60,000 nucleotides of DNA from Laetmonice hystrix (Eukaryota): assembly GCA_965235115.1 (NCBI GenBank), contig OZ249436.1, forward strand, positions 7,256,001 through 7,316,000, given 5' to 3'. Position 1 is the stretch's first letter. Each line of letters opens with the position of its first letter. Of the stretch, positions 24,926 through 38,030 are shown piece by piece. The position numbers were made by a program, and so were the translations under genes. The notes beneath the pieces were generated by a model, which worked only from the letters and a program-made list of their open reading frames with translations, was not told where the DNA came from and did no database searches.

Positions 24926-25539
24926 ATACATATATACTAGATGAAGTGTTGTGGTATCTGTGTACTTTACTCCAGTGTGGAATAAGCACTTTAGTTTTCG
25001 GCCGCCAGTTTGCCAAGGCGGCCAGACCAGCCTGTTCACATTTGTTAGTCAAAATATCGTTGATAAAATGAATATGATTTATTAGGACCTGCCCTCATTA
25101 TTTAGAGGATTTCTTTTCGAAATTGAAAGATTGAAAGACTTGAAATGGCCTGTTCAGAATTTTGGGAGAGACTGTTGTCATATGAAACGTCAGTGATCAG
25201 GGATCCCTATCACAAAAAGCATCGATTATTATGACAGTACAACCAGAGGGGATACGCATGCTATGAGGTGCCGCCGAAGAAACTGACCAAGTGACTAAGT
25301 GCGTTTAGTGCGACTATCTCCCTCCAGATGGCGCCCTACGATTGCAGCGCCGTGCGACGGTGCGAGTGGAAAGCGTGTGAAACTCGCGCTGAAAATGTTG
25401 GTGTTAGGCCCACTACCTACTCCACCCATGAAGTAAATGCTCTCTGACCCTTGACGTCGGGACATCCAATGTTGGATCCAGGTGATGAAAAGTGAACGAA
25501 GATTTGCAACATAACACCCTCTGATCACTCAGCTCTGAT

Positions 25540-25672
25540 GCAGCCACCTGGTGGTCACGGTCTGAGTAATAAATACTTCAGCGAATACTATTTTACGCTA
25601 CACAGTAATAACATGGCCTCGTGGTAAAACGAAAAACGAACTCGGGAAAGGACACTTCGATCCCTATCTCAC
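25540..25672 (+). promoter_or_regulatory. Candidate promoter and non-coding exon 1 of LYRM1
   Basis: CTCF-like gccacctggtgg near 25543 and YY1-like aacatggc near 25610. A consensus donor cac|gtaagt at 25672/25673 lies upstream of the acceptor ending at 27729. Confidence 0.4.
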
Positions 25673-26111
25673 GTAAGTCTGTAATTTCACGGTGGCTTGT
25701 TACCCTCATGGGCTTTGAGTTTTGGGATTCTTATTCCTGAAAAGTGTTATTTCGATTTCGGTATGTGTATGCTAATCTGGACCCTAATCTGTGGTAATGC
25801 ATAATGGGCCCTTGCGCTGACGCATCGCCGTCGGCATCGCCATCGGCATCGGGCGATCGGCATCACTGCGTCAGCTGCTCGGAGTCTGACCATGGCATAT
25901 AGAAAATAACGTATGTCGTAGGTTCCATGTTCTCTGGGGTGCGTTCCACAAGGTACCCGGACATCTCCGCCCCTTCCCTTCTTCGCCCAGTAAATTCCCA
26001 ATTGAAAAACACTGGGGCATCCAGCCAATTCGGGGGGGGGGACCTTAGATTTTCCTTCTTTTTTTTTTAACTAACGTTAGCCTATAATGTACCACCCCTT
26101 ATCAAAATCCT

Positions 26112-26996
26112 GGGGGGTGTTTCACTAACAAGCTTTAGTCCGACCCAGTCGGACCGTCCGTCCCTTGAAAAGTCGGACATGCGACGGACAGTGTCCAAAA
26201 AGTGTTTCACTAAGCTCATCCTACCGTGGTCCGACGGAGTCGGACTGTCCGACGCTGCCATGCCGACATGACAATAGACAAAGAGCGACGTCACAATACC
26301 ACGTCGAGCAAACGTGCATTTCCCAAGCGTTGATCTACTTATATATTCTGGCGGTTTGTGACGTACAAAAGATGTTTTGAGACATCTTCTCACTCGGCAA
26401 TAGCTCTCACTGATTTTCATTGTGTGATCTTCCGTTATTAGCCTGTAAGGTGCAGATTTTATATATTTAATAGATATAAAACGTGTCACTTTTCGGCCAC
26501 AGATACGTTGCTAACGTTGTCCTGATCCAAGGTCAATTTTTTCCTTCCGGTTCATATATTGAGGTTTGAGAAGATAACGTCACAATCTAATTGGGTCAAT
26601 CTGGCACAGCGACATGCTTGCAACATATCGGTTCACTTGTAAAAAACCAATGTCTGTGAATGCTATAATAATCAGATTCATCTAATAAGGGTACGAATAC
26701 AAACATGAAAACATTCACGACAGGAGGAGTGAACTTTAAACATTAGTAAGGACGACGGAATTTCGCAAATTGGCTGCCAAAGTTGACATGTCGAGAATCA
26801 AACAGTAGTTGGTCCGCCATGTTTTTTGGTCCGACCGCCGTGTAGGACAACTCCCGAGTAGTCCTAGAAAGTCGGACAGTCCGACCGGGTCGGACAGTTT
26901 AGTGAAACACTTTTTTAAAACACAGACGGTCCGACTGGGTCGGACATGGTCCGTCGGCCAGTCGGACTGTCCGTCGCTGTTAGTGAAACACCCCCC
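26112..26996. mobile_element. PIF/Harbinger-like MITE, apparently nested in an older element spanning ~26010-27157
   Basis: Perfect 19-bp TIRs GGGGGGTGTTTCACTAACA...TGTTAGTGAAACACCCCCC in a CWG context, with many subterminal gtccgac/gtcggac repeats. Outer imperfect TIR pair: cactggggcatccag (26010) and ctggatccgccactg (27143-27157). Confidence 0.8.
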
Positions 26997-27767
26997 AGGA
27001 TCCCCGACTGCGACTGTCCTGAGGGGGAGAATTTGCTTAGGGGGTTTAGCGTGGTCAATTCAGAAAGTTCAATGGAGAAAAAAGAAATTTGGCTGCCTAA
27101 AGTCATAGTGGGGCTTTCAACCCCCTAAACCCCCCTACCCCGCTGGATCCGCCACTGGCCTATTATTATAATTACATTCACACACTTCTGCCACCACCAA
27201 TAAATTATAATATTTTCAACGTGCAAATAAGATTTTATTCAACCTGTATCTAAACAGTATTTTTTCTTTACCATATTACCAGATGATCTTCTCTAGTCCA
27301 GGGATCCACACGCTAGACCAGACCTATAGTCACAGGAATGGATCAAGGAACAGGCATGATAGACTAAGGTGAGAATTATGAGTAATTGGACTGGCAGCAT
27401 ACAAACTTAACCTGTAAGTCTTTCATGATGACTTAATGTAGTTTGAATCTTAGTTTCACCATCAGCAGGAGGGTGTTGCCCCCTTACAAAATTAATTAAA
27501 TTAAACTCCTAATTTTATGCTATTTGTAAATCTGCTGGAGTTTACTTTACCTGGCTGTCTAGATATACCATGATGTGTGGCTTTTTAAGGAAATCGGTAC
27601 AAGAGAAAAAATAGCATGGTAATGCATAAAGTAGCTGTAATTTGAGAAGCTGAAGAGGACAAAATATTCAAACTTTATCAGGTCTTTTGTCAACTTGATA
27701 TATAACGTGAAACACGTTTTGTTTTGCAGATAATCTAGTAATGATGGTGAGGTAGCTGGTAGAAATT

Positions 27768-30700
27768 ATGTTTCGGAAAGAGGTTCTGTCACTGTATCGT
27801 CGCATTCTGCGGGTTGCAAGGACCTGGGAAGCCCTGGATTCAAGCCAAACAGCAGCAGAACGAGATTACATTAGAACTGAAGCTCAGACCATCTTTAAAA
27901 GTAACAAAAATGTAAGGGTCTAAAGATACCGTCACCTCCTTAAAGTATATGTAGCTGCATTTTGTTCAAGTCGACTTTATCTTTTCCTCTAGATATTCGT
28001 ATTGAATGAGCATACAATGTATAAGTTTATTGTTGTGTCACTAAACTTTTTCTTTTCTATTTTCTTTGACTTGGCTGGCACACCTTTGTCAGTTAGTATT
28101 TTAAACGTTGTTGCAGGTATTACAATCAGTAATTAGGCTGACAAATCGAGTTTGTAATCTCTTCAAATCCAGCCCTGTTTGTACGTTTGGCTGACCTTGT
28201 GGTACATGTACATGATTTTTACACCAGGTGGCAGCACTGAAAAAAATCGCCTTTGGTGCTGCCACCTGGATCATCTATGTTGTATCATGGTTGGGAAGAA
28301 ATGACATAATTTGGAGTCTTTAAAAAAGGAGTCCTAAGACATAGTGACATACCCAATTCGAGCCAATGAACGTATATTGCCTAATAAGCGTACACCTGTT
28401 TTTTGAATCAAAACAGAATAACGATGTGTCCCATCTGGCATCACACTGACTTAAATCAGAAGACAGTCATCTGGTATCGTTTTACTGCTTGTAAATATAA
28501 AATTGGCAGGTAGTTCAAGCTCTGCAATCCCTTTGATTAATCTCCTGCCAGGTATATCTTCTTTTTATTTTTTTACCCTCGAGCATAAGCCTACTCTACG
28601 CTTATTTGGAGACGATGACAGTTTACTGTAATAGGATTTTTTACACAAGAAAGATATAATTAATAAATGAGAAATGTTGATGGGCCTGTAGGTGGGTTAA
28701 GGTTTATAAGTCGTATCTTTAGGCACGCCTGGACGTGTTAGGAGTGGGGGGGGGGGGGCGGTCAGAGAGCCGGTGCAAAGTCCTACATATGGATCCCCAG
28801 GCGGCCCCAGGCGGGGCCCCCACGACAGACCGGCGCAGGTCATTAGTTTGTAGGCCACAGGCCAGCGCCGCCCTGGCGTATGCTGCTTTCCCGGAAACCG
28901 CTGGGCATGTATTATGACATTGTCAAATGGGCCCTTTACCTGAGCTAAATGATTGAAGATACTGCGTCCATCTCTGCCCCCATACCACACTCCCCTCCCG
29001 GCGAGAGGTTGCTGAGATATGTGATAATTGTTGACTGACCCATGAAGACTGGTTGCGACCCATGGCAGCCCCAGGCCAAATCGCGGGTATTTTGGTGCCT
29101 TGACCAGGAGCCCAGACTTTGCCAGGCGACTTTGTTATCATAACGTGTAAGCGACTTAATCAATTAGTGAACCAGTAAGATAAGAATGTATGTTTATTAG
29201 AAGGGACTTTCACAGCCACGGTATGGGGACAATTCCAGGCATTACGTGAGGCTTATATAACATATAATTATGATTCATTCTGACAATGTCGCATGAACTC
29301 TGCTATTTCTACTTCATGTTGCTGCTCACCAAAGCCACCTCCTAGAAAGTAACTGTATATCGTCTGATAGTTTTTGCCAGCTGCATCCCGTATTTTTTCT
29401 CATAGTTAAATGCCCGTAGAGTGGGATGATGATTGGAAGAACCGTAGCCACTCGTGCATCATTCACTTTATCAATGGAATGATCACCTCATGAGGCTACA
29501 GGTTAACCATCGTGTCACACCTGTAGCGACTATGTTTTTAAAATACATTATTTATGACAATTGGGCGGTCAAGGTTGTAAACTATCAGGACATAAATTTA
29601 GGCCGGAGAAGCAAGAAACTAAGCAGGGCGGGTATTTGAGGCCTGAACACAGTGGGAACCCCAGCGAAATCAAGATTACATTTAGAATATCGCCAAGGTG
29701 TGAAGACTACAGAATCCAAGCGTCTAGTGGTTGACAGCAGGTAGTGGAGAACGTCAATCATGGTGATAAGTTTGTCGACCAGTCATAATAAACAATATAA
29801 ACGAGTTACGAGCAGGGCTGTGTTAGGGGCGGGGCCCGCCGGCACTCACTGCTCGGGAACCATCGTGTAGGTACAGATAGTGAGGTTTCATGTCGAATTA
29901 CAAACGGGTCTGAAATCATGTGCGCTAGCAGTGCCTTTCACTAAAAGTAGATCGAGAGGGTCAAAGTATTAAACAGTACCATAGGCCGCCCTCATTTGAT
30001 AGCTTGGTAACCTTGGAAACGATGGAAACTTGGTAATGAACGCCAACACTGATCAAAGACCCGTACCATTCTGTATGTTTTAGATGTGAATGCATAGAGT
30101 AACCGTAAGAACTGTTTGCAGACCAGGGAAACATTCCTGAATCAAGGTAGCCCTGTGACGAGAGAAGTAAGAGAGAAAGGGGGAGGATTACAGGGACATA
30201 TTTCCATTAAACCTGCTTAAATGATTTGAAACGAGTGATGAACCTCCCCATCCATGCGTACACGTTAACTCAAAATTGAAGTAACAGGTCGTACTGCACC
30301 TTGTCCATAGTAATATCTGATATCGGCTCGGTGTGTAGTACAGGCATGTATCCCGGGGATGAGAGCGATACCCACTCATGACAAAAATATTTCTGTCCCC
30401 AGAAATTCCTGAGACAAACTTATTGTGTCATCACCCCACCCCACCACGACCAAGTCCGCCCCCACAGCGGGGAGTCTGGCTGTGGGGCCTGGCCCGGAGT
30501 GTCGATACGTCATGTCGTACGTCGATACGTCATGTCGTACGTCGATACGTCATGTCGTACGTCGATACGTCATGCCGTACGTCGATACGTCATGTCGTAC
30601 GTCGATACGTCATGTCGTACGTCGATACGTCATGTCGTACGTCGCTACGTCATGTCGTACGTCGATACGTCATGGAGAATTGATGGAGAGTTCGCGATTC

Positions 30701-31972
30701 ATGGCAGGAATGGTGATACATAACCGTCCTTGATTTCAGGTACGTGACCCTGAAGAGATCAAGCAGCACCTACAGGAAGGTGACGCCAGGCTAGAAATGG
30801 GTAAGATCGATTGAATAAACGTAGCGTCTTGCCTAAACTTTCATACTCTTTAACCGTATCCTGAAGAGGTAACGATTTCTTTTGTCTTTGTAAGTGCATG
30901 AGGCACCAATGTCCGCTTGGAAGCAATATGGCTGGGGTAGGCCGTCATCCGTCATGCTCCCCCCCCCCCCATACCCTCCCCCGCTGTTCTACCCACTGGC
31001 CCAGTACGGGGGCCAAACCCCAGCCCTCCAACCCAAGGGTTCAACCCCTTTTTTTTACCTGCCATATCTCTTCCATACGAAACGAACAGATATTGGATAT
31101 ATCCCGAGCGTTGCTTACAGTTTATGGCGTCAACACCCTAGCGACAGGATAGAAGGCGGTTGAAATACTGACGAGCCGAAAGGAAGAAGTCTAAATATTC
31201 GTGGGGCGGGCAGCCTGGGTCCTCTCTGATTGATGCGACCTTACATTTTGAAGGATGGGATGGCGTTGATTTCTTCCTTAAATTATGTGTCCTTTACATG
31301 TTACTTGCTTGTTTTTCAGCGCTGCACTACAAAATACCTTACCCCAGGCATGTAAGTATATGTAGGCCTATATGACGTGAAGACGTCCAAGTGCCTATGC
31401 TCAGGTTCTGGATGACCTTTATGTCCTGTGTACACAAAAACCTTCTGACCCTTCTAAATTCTTTCGGAAATTCATGTTTTTACGGGTGTTTGATTTAATA
31501 GCGCTGGAATTTCAAAAGTTCATGGAAATATAAACACAACAATGTCTGCGTGGCAATAACCCAATGTAAGAGGGGCCCATTATAGGAGGCTGGCATTCCA
31601 CAAGCCTGCCTCTATCTCTCTGTCTCTCTCTTTCGCTGTCTCTCGCTCTCTCTCGCTCTTGTTCCCTCTCTCTTTCTCGCTCTTGCTCCCTCTCTCTCTT
31701 GCGCCCTCTCTATTTCTCTCTCTGTCTCTCTCTCTTGCTGTCTCTCTCGCTCTGTCTCTTGCTCTCTTTTGCTCTCTCTGTCTTACTCTCGCTAATTTTC
31801 ACTCACTCTCTCTCACTCCCGTTCTAGATGCCCGACACTGTGTTTTATGTTTGAGCAGGTCAACTTCCCACAACATATGATCAGTCCTTACGCTACCAAG
31901 ATGCGAGGCAGCAAAAGACGATTGAAGCTGTCTCGACCCATCTATGTCAAGTCGCTCGATAAGGAAGAGTAA
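27768..31972 (+). CDS. LYRM1: LYR motif-containing protein 1 (mitochondrial LYRM family), 116 aa, 4 coding exons
   Basis: Exons 27768-27911, 30740-30800, 31320-31351 and 31859-31972 splice in frame to MFRKEVLSLYRRILRVARTWEALDSSQTAAERDYIRTEAQTIFKSNKNVRDPEEIKQHLQEGDARLEMALHYKIPYPRHVNFPQ...LSRPIYVKSLDKEE*. It has the LYR motif plus the LHYKIPYPR and S(K/R)PxYxxS motifs I recognise from LYRM1. Confidence 0.93.
30500..30673. repeat. 20-bp CpG-rich minisatellite (~8.7 copies) in a LYRM1 intron
   Basis: (gtcgatacgtcatgtcgtac)n. Confidence 0.95.
31610..31815. repeat. Degenerate (CT)n microsatellite
   Basis: CT-rich simple sequence upstream of the last LYRM1 exon. Confidence 0.9.
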
Positions 31973-33557
31973 ACGTGTTGGTTTGTTACGGCCACTGTGA
32001 CACAAACCTGGAGTTCTCTTCAAACAGAAACTTTCACGGCGAAATCGAGGCGGTGTACGTGAACGTTATGGATCTATGGAAGATATCAGGGATGTGCAGT
32101 GTCTACTCAAGTGTACATATTCGGGGTGCTCCTGTACCAAAGTTGTAGTGTAGTAGGAAAATATATCTAAGAATTTAAGATGTAAGTGTATATGCAGACC
32201 CTAATCTATTACCCAAGAAGCCTGTGGATCGAAGCCTGTGTATGAAGTGACATCATATGAAAAGTATATCTCAAGTATTTTTGCCTTTGTTCTTTGTTTT
32301 ATCCCGTTTTTTTATAATTTTATCAGTAGAGTATTGATGTAGCTCGATCGAGGGTATTAGGGTATCGCGTCATCCGTAGTATCGTGCTATAAGGCCTGTA
32401 GGCGTTGCTCAAGGAAGGCATGGGGTGGGAGAGTCCCCCTGGGATTACGGCTGGGGAGTGGAAGGGGGGTGCGTAAGAAACCTTGACTTTTTTACCACAT
32501 CATCAATCCTACATAATACATAGACGGTATTTTATCTATCCCCCCCCCCCGTCTCAGGATCGTCTGAGTAATCGTCGTTGGGTATTTTTAACGAGGCATT
32601 AACGATTACGAATTTATTGATTTGCACTGGGGATAACATTTTTCTTGGGACCGGAAACCGTGGGGCTATAAGATGAATTTCTTTTCCCTCCAATTTTTGT
32701 CCATCCTATTTTTCCGCATGCGCCACCTGATGGATATATTTCGAACTATATTTAAAGAGGACGGTTATGACGAGAAGGATAACGAAATCGTCTAAGACCG
32801 CCCCCTGAGGTCGTCGTTTCGTAATCGTTATTTAGGCACTATACTTCTATACTTTTTGGAATAACCCTTCAAGCAAAAATCACCTTGACCGGTTCACACT
32901 AGCCAGGTGAGGGGGTCCCTGTCCCTATCTGTGATGTGTTGTTACAATTTTAGAGAGTTTCAGGGATGAAGGGCGTCAGTTAGGGCAACATATGGGAAGT
33001 GGAGGCCAATTTGGTAAATATAATAAGCAGATTCGATATGTCTTGTGTCCACGAAAGACAATATGCAGTGTCAGTGAGCCGACAGTAGATCTAAGCGTGA
33101 CGTAGGCCTACGTTGTTATGTGGAGACTAGTACACGAGTCCCTACCTGCCTTGAACAGTGGAGAGTGCGCTGCATTCGGTGTCAGGTTTAGTGTCGTCTA
33201 GCTCAGCTTGTGGCATCCACAAACAGACCGATACAATGAGATATATCCTCGACGGCTCTATTAGTGCCAGGAAACGCACACTAAGCCAGCGAATCTAAAC
33301 ACCAGTATTAAATAGTCGTTCTCTCAGCCATGTGCACTGAATGACCGAATGTGTTGCACCTGTTCTCTAACGATCAGGTGGAAGTGTAGAAAACTTCTGG
33401 GTTTTTTTGCCTCGGGAAGATCCGATTCACTTACCGTAAAGCAGGTGTGAAAGGAATGTAAGTCCGCCGGAATGCAAGTCCTATGCAGGTCCTATAAGAC
33501 TCCTATAAGACAATATCATATCGCTTGGTTCACATCTGGCTTAATTCTTATTCTTAA

Positions 33558-34076
33558 AGGGGCATGCTATAGAACACGTTTTGGAGGATTTCCGGCAATT
33601 ATCCAACATGGCCGTGTACAAGGGATCCAAGTAAATAATCCTACCACAGCATTTTGTCCTCCGACGTGTTTTCGCTGCGTATGCAGCACAAGTAGGTTCT
33701 ATACGACCAAACGCATAGATTTCTCCCGATAGCACATCTCCCGCCATAATTTGGTAGACAACCTCTCATCAACCCGTTGTAGAAAGTATTTGCATACTGC
33801 GTCACATCCTGCGTGTGCACTCTCTGCATGTTCTTAGTCACGTGCTTCGCTTAGTTGTAAACAATTCAGCAGTTGCACTCAATCGCCCGGCATCAGAATG
33901 CCACCCAAAAAATATTTTACGAAATCGGCAGAGAAGCGGGCAAGGGAGCTTCATAAACTTCGATTTCTCACGCAAAATGAAACTGATAAGTCTGTCTTTG
34001 TTTACCAAGCGATCTCTTATGAAAACAGCAAAAGTTCTTTGAAATACCGATTTGTCAAGTTTCCTCATATGCCCCT
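33558..34076 (-). mobile_element. Kolobok-like non-autonomous DNA transposon (short copy, 519 bp)
   Basis: TTAA-AGGGGCAT...ATGCCCCT-TTAA. It is the reverse-complement homologue of 10779-11768 and lacks ~470 bp of its interior. Confidence 0.85.
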
Positions 34077-34321
34077 TTAAGCGATGGCGACGGCGGACGC
34101 GTTTTGCGACCGAATGTTCATCAGGCTAATTCTTGGGCGATTTTAACGTAGAAGAGCCACGCTAATTTCAGCGCCACTCGCAAATTGACATGACTTCCCT
34201 GCGGAATCCTTCAGGCGAGTGCGCGAGTGTTGGTAAAAGTTTGGAAATTTCCCAATGCTTGCATTAAAAGAACGCTGTCATCGCAAACGCCGATTTTTCT
34301 CAATCTCTGGGAAAAGATCGT

Positions 34322-34437
34322 CATAAGTCGTAATAACGACATACTAAGTCGTAATAACGACATACTAAGTCGTAATAATGAGATAGCTATATGTCGTAAT
34401 AACGAGATAGCTATGTTGTAATAACGAGATAGCTAAG
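34322..34437. repeat. 21-bp tandem repeat (~5.5 copies), probably a MITE subterminal array
   Basis: (taagtcgtaataacgacatac)n grading into tatgtcgtaataacgagatagc. Confidence 0.8.
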
Positions 34438-35717
34438 TCTTCTTCTTCATCAAAATCACAAACATTGTAGCAACAATGGCCAGTCGCTTCTTCCTTCTTC
34501 TCTCCTCGAGAACATAAAATCTCTGTCACTGTAAAGTCTGCCGTCCACATTCCATGATCCCTGCCATATCTAATCATAATGACCGAAATTTGCGCCCGAA
34601 TCGTAGAGTGGGAGCGCCCAAATCGGGTGATATCTCATTAGTGGTAATCAGGCGAATATGAAGAAAAAATTCGGCCGAGTCAAATACGGCCATATCTATA
34701 ATCATAATGACCGAAATACGTGGGATGGCCCCAGTGACACAGTAAATTAGCATAATGGTGAATCTGCCTTCTTGTGAAAATGACGTCGTGGTGGACAGAC
34801 AGAATGTAGGGAAATGAACTCTTTTTTTCTGGGGGGGGGGGGGGGGGGGGGGGAGTATGACCCGACCCCGTAGCATAGCTTTGCAGCTCTGGTGGTTGCA
34901 CGCGTTTCATTGCGCCCATACTTTATATAGGCAACGTGGCTTCACTATAGATCGACAGGGACCTGCTCGATGTTTCATGCAGGCAAAGCTAGGCTACTTA
35001 CATTTCTTCACACGTCAGTGAGGAGCAAAACAAAAGTCCCAACAATAGAGCGCCTACAATAGTCAAATATGACTCAAGCCATGAACACCGGACTGCAGTG
35101 TGGAGAGGGCGCTATGAAGGTTTGTTATCATGGTTGAAAACAGGGTGAACAGGTCTGGCGAGATGACTGCAACAGTCGTTAAAACAAAAATTGGAAAAAT
35201 ACTCTTGAAATTCCAACCACCTGTTTGATCTTCCTATGTAGAAAGGCTAGGAAGGCGAGGCTATTTCCGCTCGGGAGCAAAAGATGTTTTCGTATGCAAT
35301 CAAGATTACCAGGTCCTGGCTTAAGCTGATCGTAAGCGCCATTAAATATCTGTTAGTATGTTCTCATTGGCCGTTTGACAGTGCTGTCGTCTTCTGTAAC
35401 TGTTGGATGACATAAAAACGCAACTCATATGGTAGTTCAGTTGAATAGGACTCTGACTTGTTGGAGTACTCATACGGAGGCCTTTTTTGTGGGTGGTTCG
35501 TACGCATGCGGCCTGGAATTGTTATTGATGTCTTTGTGTAAAATGTGTGCTTAACGTGCTGTTAATAATACGTAGGCTCGCAATTTATAAAAGAAAAGGG
35601 TGGAGAAGGCGTGTAAATGTATTTTCAACTTTATCATTTCATTTTAACGACACGCGATCCTCCCAGCCGGGTCTGCGTTGGGGCGCCGTGCATAGTAGTG
35701 GTAGTATAGAATGTAAA

Positions 35718-35777
35718 TGAGAGAGAGGGAGCGAGAGAGAGCGAGAGAGAGTGAGCAAGAGAGAGCAAGTGGGGGCG

Positions 35778-35862
<85 letters not shown>

Positions 35863-35883
35863 GCAGAGACAGAGACAGAGAGG
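35718..35883. repeat. (GA)n microsatellite
   Basis: Long AG dinucleotide run with gaca interruptions. Confidence 0.95.
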
Positions 35884-37665
35884 GAAAAAAAGAAAAAAGA
35901 AAAAGTGAACGTGGTCTTAGTCGACTAGATACGTTCATCCTACCGTTCGAAGATCTGGCGTCTGAGACAACACGTGATAACCCAATGATAGCCGCCATAC
36001 GGAACTATGCCACAGATCGACCCACTGACGGGGAACGGGTTGTATTGCTACATCCCTTTAGAAGAGTCATGTCGCACTTTTCTCAGCCTTGCACCCTCCC
36101 GGCTCCAAGTGGACACTTTGCGACTCATCATACTGTCAGTGTTTGAACCATCAGCACGTGTTGCCAGACTACGACCGAACGTGGACCCATGCAAGCTCCT
36201 TCCGACCCATCAGCCAGTTCATGGGAGACAGACCCGAGTCTATCTAAGCGATACTTTCAGACGTGACCGTTCACTGTACATGTGACCAATGGTTTCGTGG
36301 CTTTATATAGTGGGGAGGTCAAGCTGGACCTCCAGAGTGGTGTCCAACACAACCACATTGTTTTAGTAAGATAAAGACATTTTACAGGCGACAACCAAAG
36401 CCTTGGAGGTGTAGACCCCGTCTGGAGCACTAAAAATGGGGCGACCATCCATAGTTTCTTCCTGCATGTCGATTTTATTACAAGATATTAATAAAAATGA
36501 TAAAATCAGGGCAACATGGACAATGAGGCACGTGACACCGACGTTCTGCATACGACAGTTGTCACCCAGCGTCACGAGCCACATAATTACAGTCAATTAT
36601 ATACAAATTAGGGTTTCCCCTCCAAAGCCAATTGCCTACATGGCTGTATTTTAGTGGGTTCTTTATCACCAAGCAATATAAGTGAGAACGGACTTAAACA
36701 TTAGAAGGTTTCCTGGGTAGATCAATTTCATATTAATCAAGACACCATTTCCACCGTCCTGTCTGTCCAAATAAAGTCAAGGTGCTACAACAAAGCAGGT
36801 CTGGCGGTGTCATTCTGTCTACAGGTAAAACCGTTGACTGTAACTGACTGAATGACGTACAGAGTCACCGGCGTGAGGTGTGATAAACAAACCTGGACAA
36901 TGGACACCACCACCTGGTATTAATAGCACAAGAATTTAAAAGAGGAGTGCGTGTACTTGCATATCTTTCACCTACTCTATTTACCACACAGATCTTGCTT
37001 AATTTTATATAGGAGTTCAATAAATTATGCCCGATGGTTAATTAATCACTTGATTATTGTTTGTTCACGAAGGAGTAAAAGTTTTAATAGCAACTAATGC
37101 AATGTGTGCCCCTGACTGCATGGATCTGCAGCTATATCCGAAAACCATCCGATTTCTGCCATGCTGCCTTTTTTTCTTAGTCAAAGAAAAAGAAATCAGT
37201 ACCACTCAAGTAATCCTTTGAGACTATAAAATTACGCGCATCGGCAAGTAAAGCGATAATGATTTTCTTCGTTTTCCTCCCAATTGACACAATTATTGTA
37301 TGAACTAAGCATCAAGATGCTTCGTGCGCTATCAAATGGCGTTATTATAATACGAAGGGTTTAAAGCCAGATTTTAAGCCATCATCTCCCTCCAAGTGAT
37401 GCCCGCCTTAGATTGTATTTAAAACCCAATTAACCAAATATCAATTTTGAGGACCTAAAAGATTATAGAAGAATACACACACTCTGATGCCCGTGCATTT
37501 AAAAAGAAAAACACTCTCACGCCAGTGCCAGGATGACTTTAACAGTGGAATGTTCTGTAGAAATCATGTGTAGCTCTATCTAGGAAAGCATATATTCCGT
37601 TTCATCTCGAAAGAGGGGGAGGGTTCATTGTCCTGCTCGACCACCAAAGCTTCATTGTTATGGAA

Positions 37666-37825
37666 GTGGCGGTGGCCGAGTGGGAATGGGCGTTGATACC
37701 TTATATCCTGTAATCTTGGGGCCGGGGTTCGATTCCAATAGAGGACTATACAACTTTTCTCTTTCCGGACATTCTCAAAGTAACTGGGTTACGCCTGATG
37801 CCCGTGCATTTAAAGAAAAACACGC
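37666..37825 (+). mobile_element. tRNA-derived SINE-like element or tRNA pseudogene
   Basis: Pol III A box GTGGCCGAGTGG (37672-37683) and B box GGTTCGATTCC (37726-37736) without a pairing acceptor stem. The tail ctgatgcccgtgcatttaaa(aa)gaaaaacac also occurs at ~37484. Confidence 0.6.
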
Positions 37826-37834
37826 ACCTGCCTA

Positions 37835-38030
37835 CTGTAATAACTACTTTTGTCACAGGTCACCACTTTTGTCACACAAAATGCCCACTTTTGTCACAGG
37901 TCACCACTTTTGTCACAAAATCGCCCACGTTTGTCGTTTTCGAGAACACCACTTTAGGCGTAATATTTTTTACCAGTTTTGTCAAACTTATCAAGGCCAC
38001 GACTTTTGTCATGTGCCCACTTTTGTCACA
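37835..38030. mobile_element. One end of a TGT-terminated TIR element with subterminal ccacttttgtcaca repeats
   Basis: About 6 direct copies of (cc)acttttgtcaca follow tgtaataac. The architecture parallels the terminus at 12497, but no partner end was found. Confidence 0.45.

Noticed and set aside
30500..30673. Regular short repeats here and at 50-60 kb considered as CRISPR-like arrays
   Set aside because: The units are head-to-tail with no unique spacers, the context is eukaryotic and there are no cas genes.
34433..34567. Minus-strand basic/hydrophobic reading (…EERRRKKRLAIVATMFVILMKKKT) reminiscent of a transposase N-terminus
   Set aside because: It is short, interrupted by a stop and has no catalytic motifs, so it cannot be supported.
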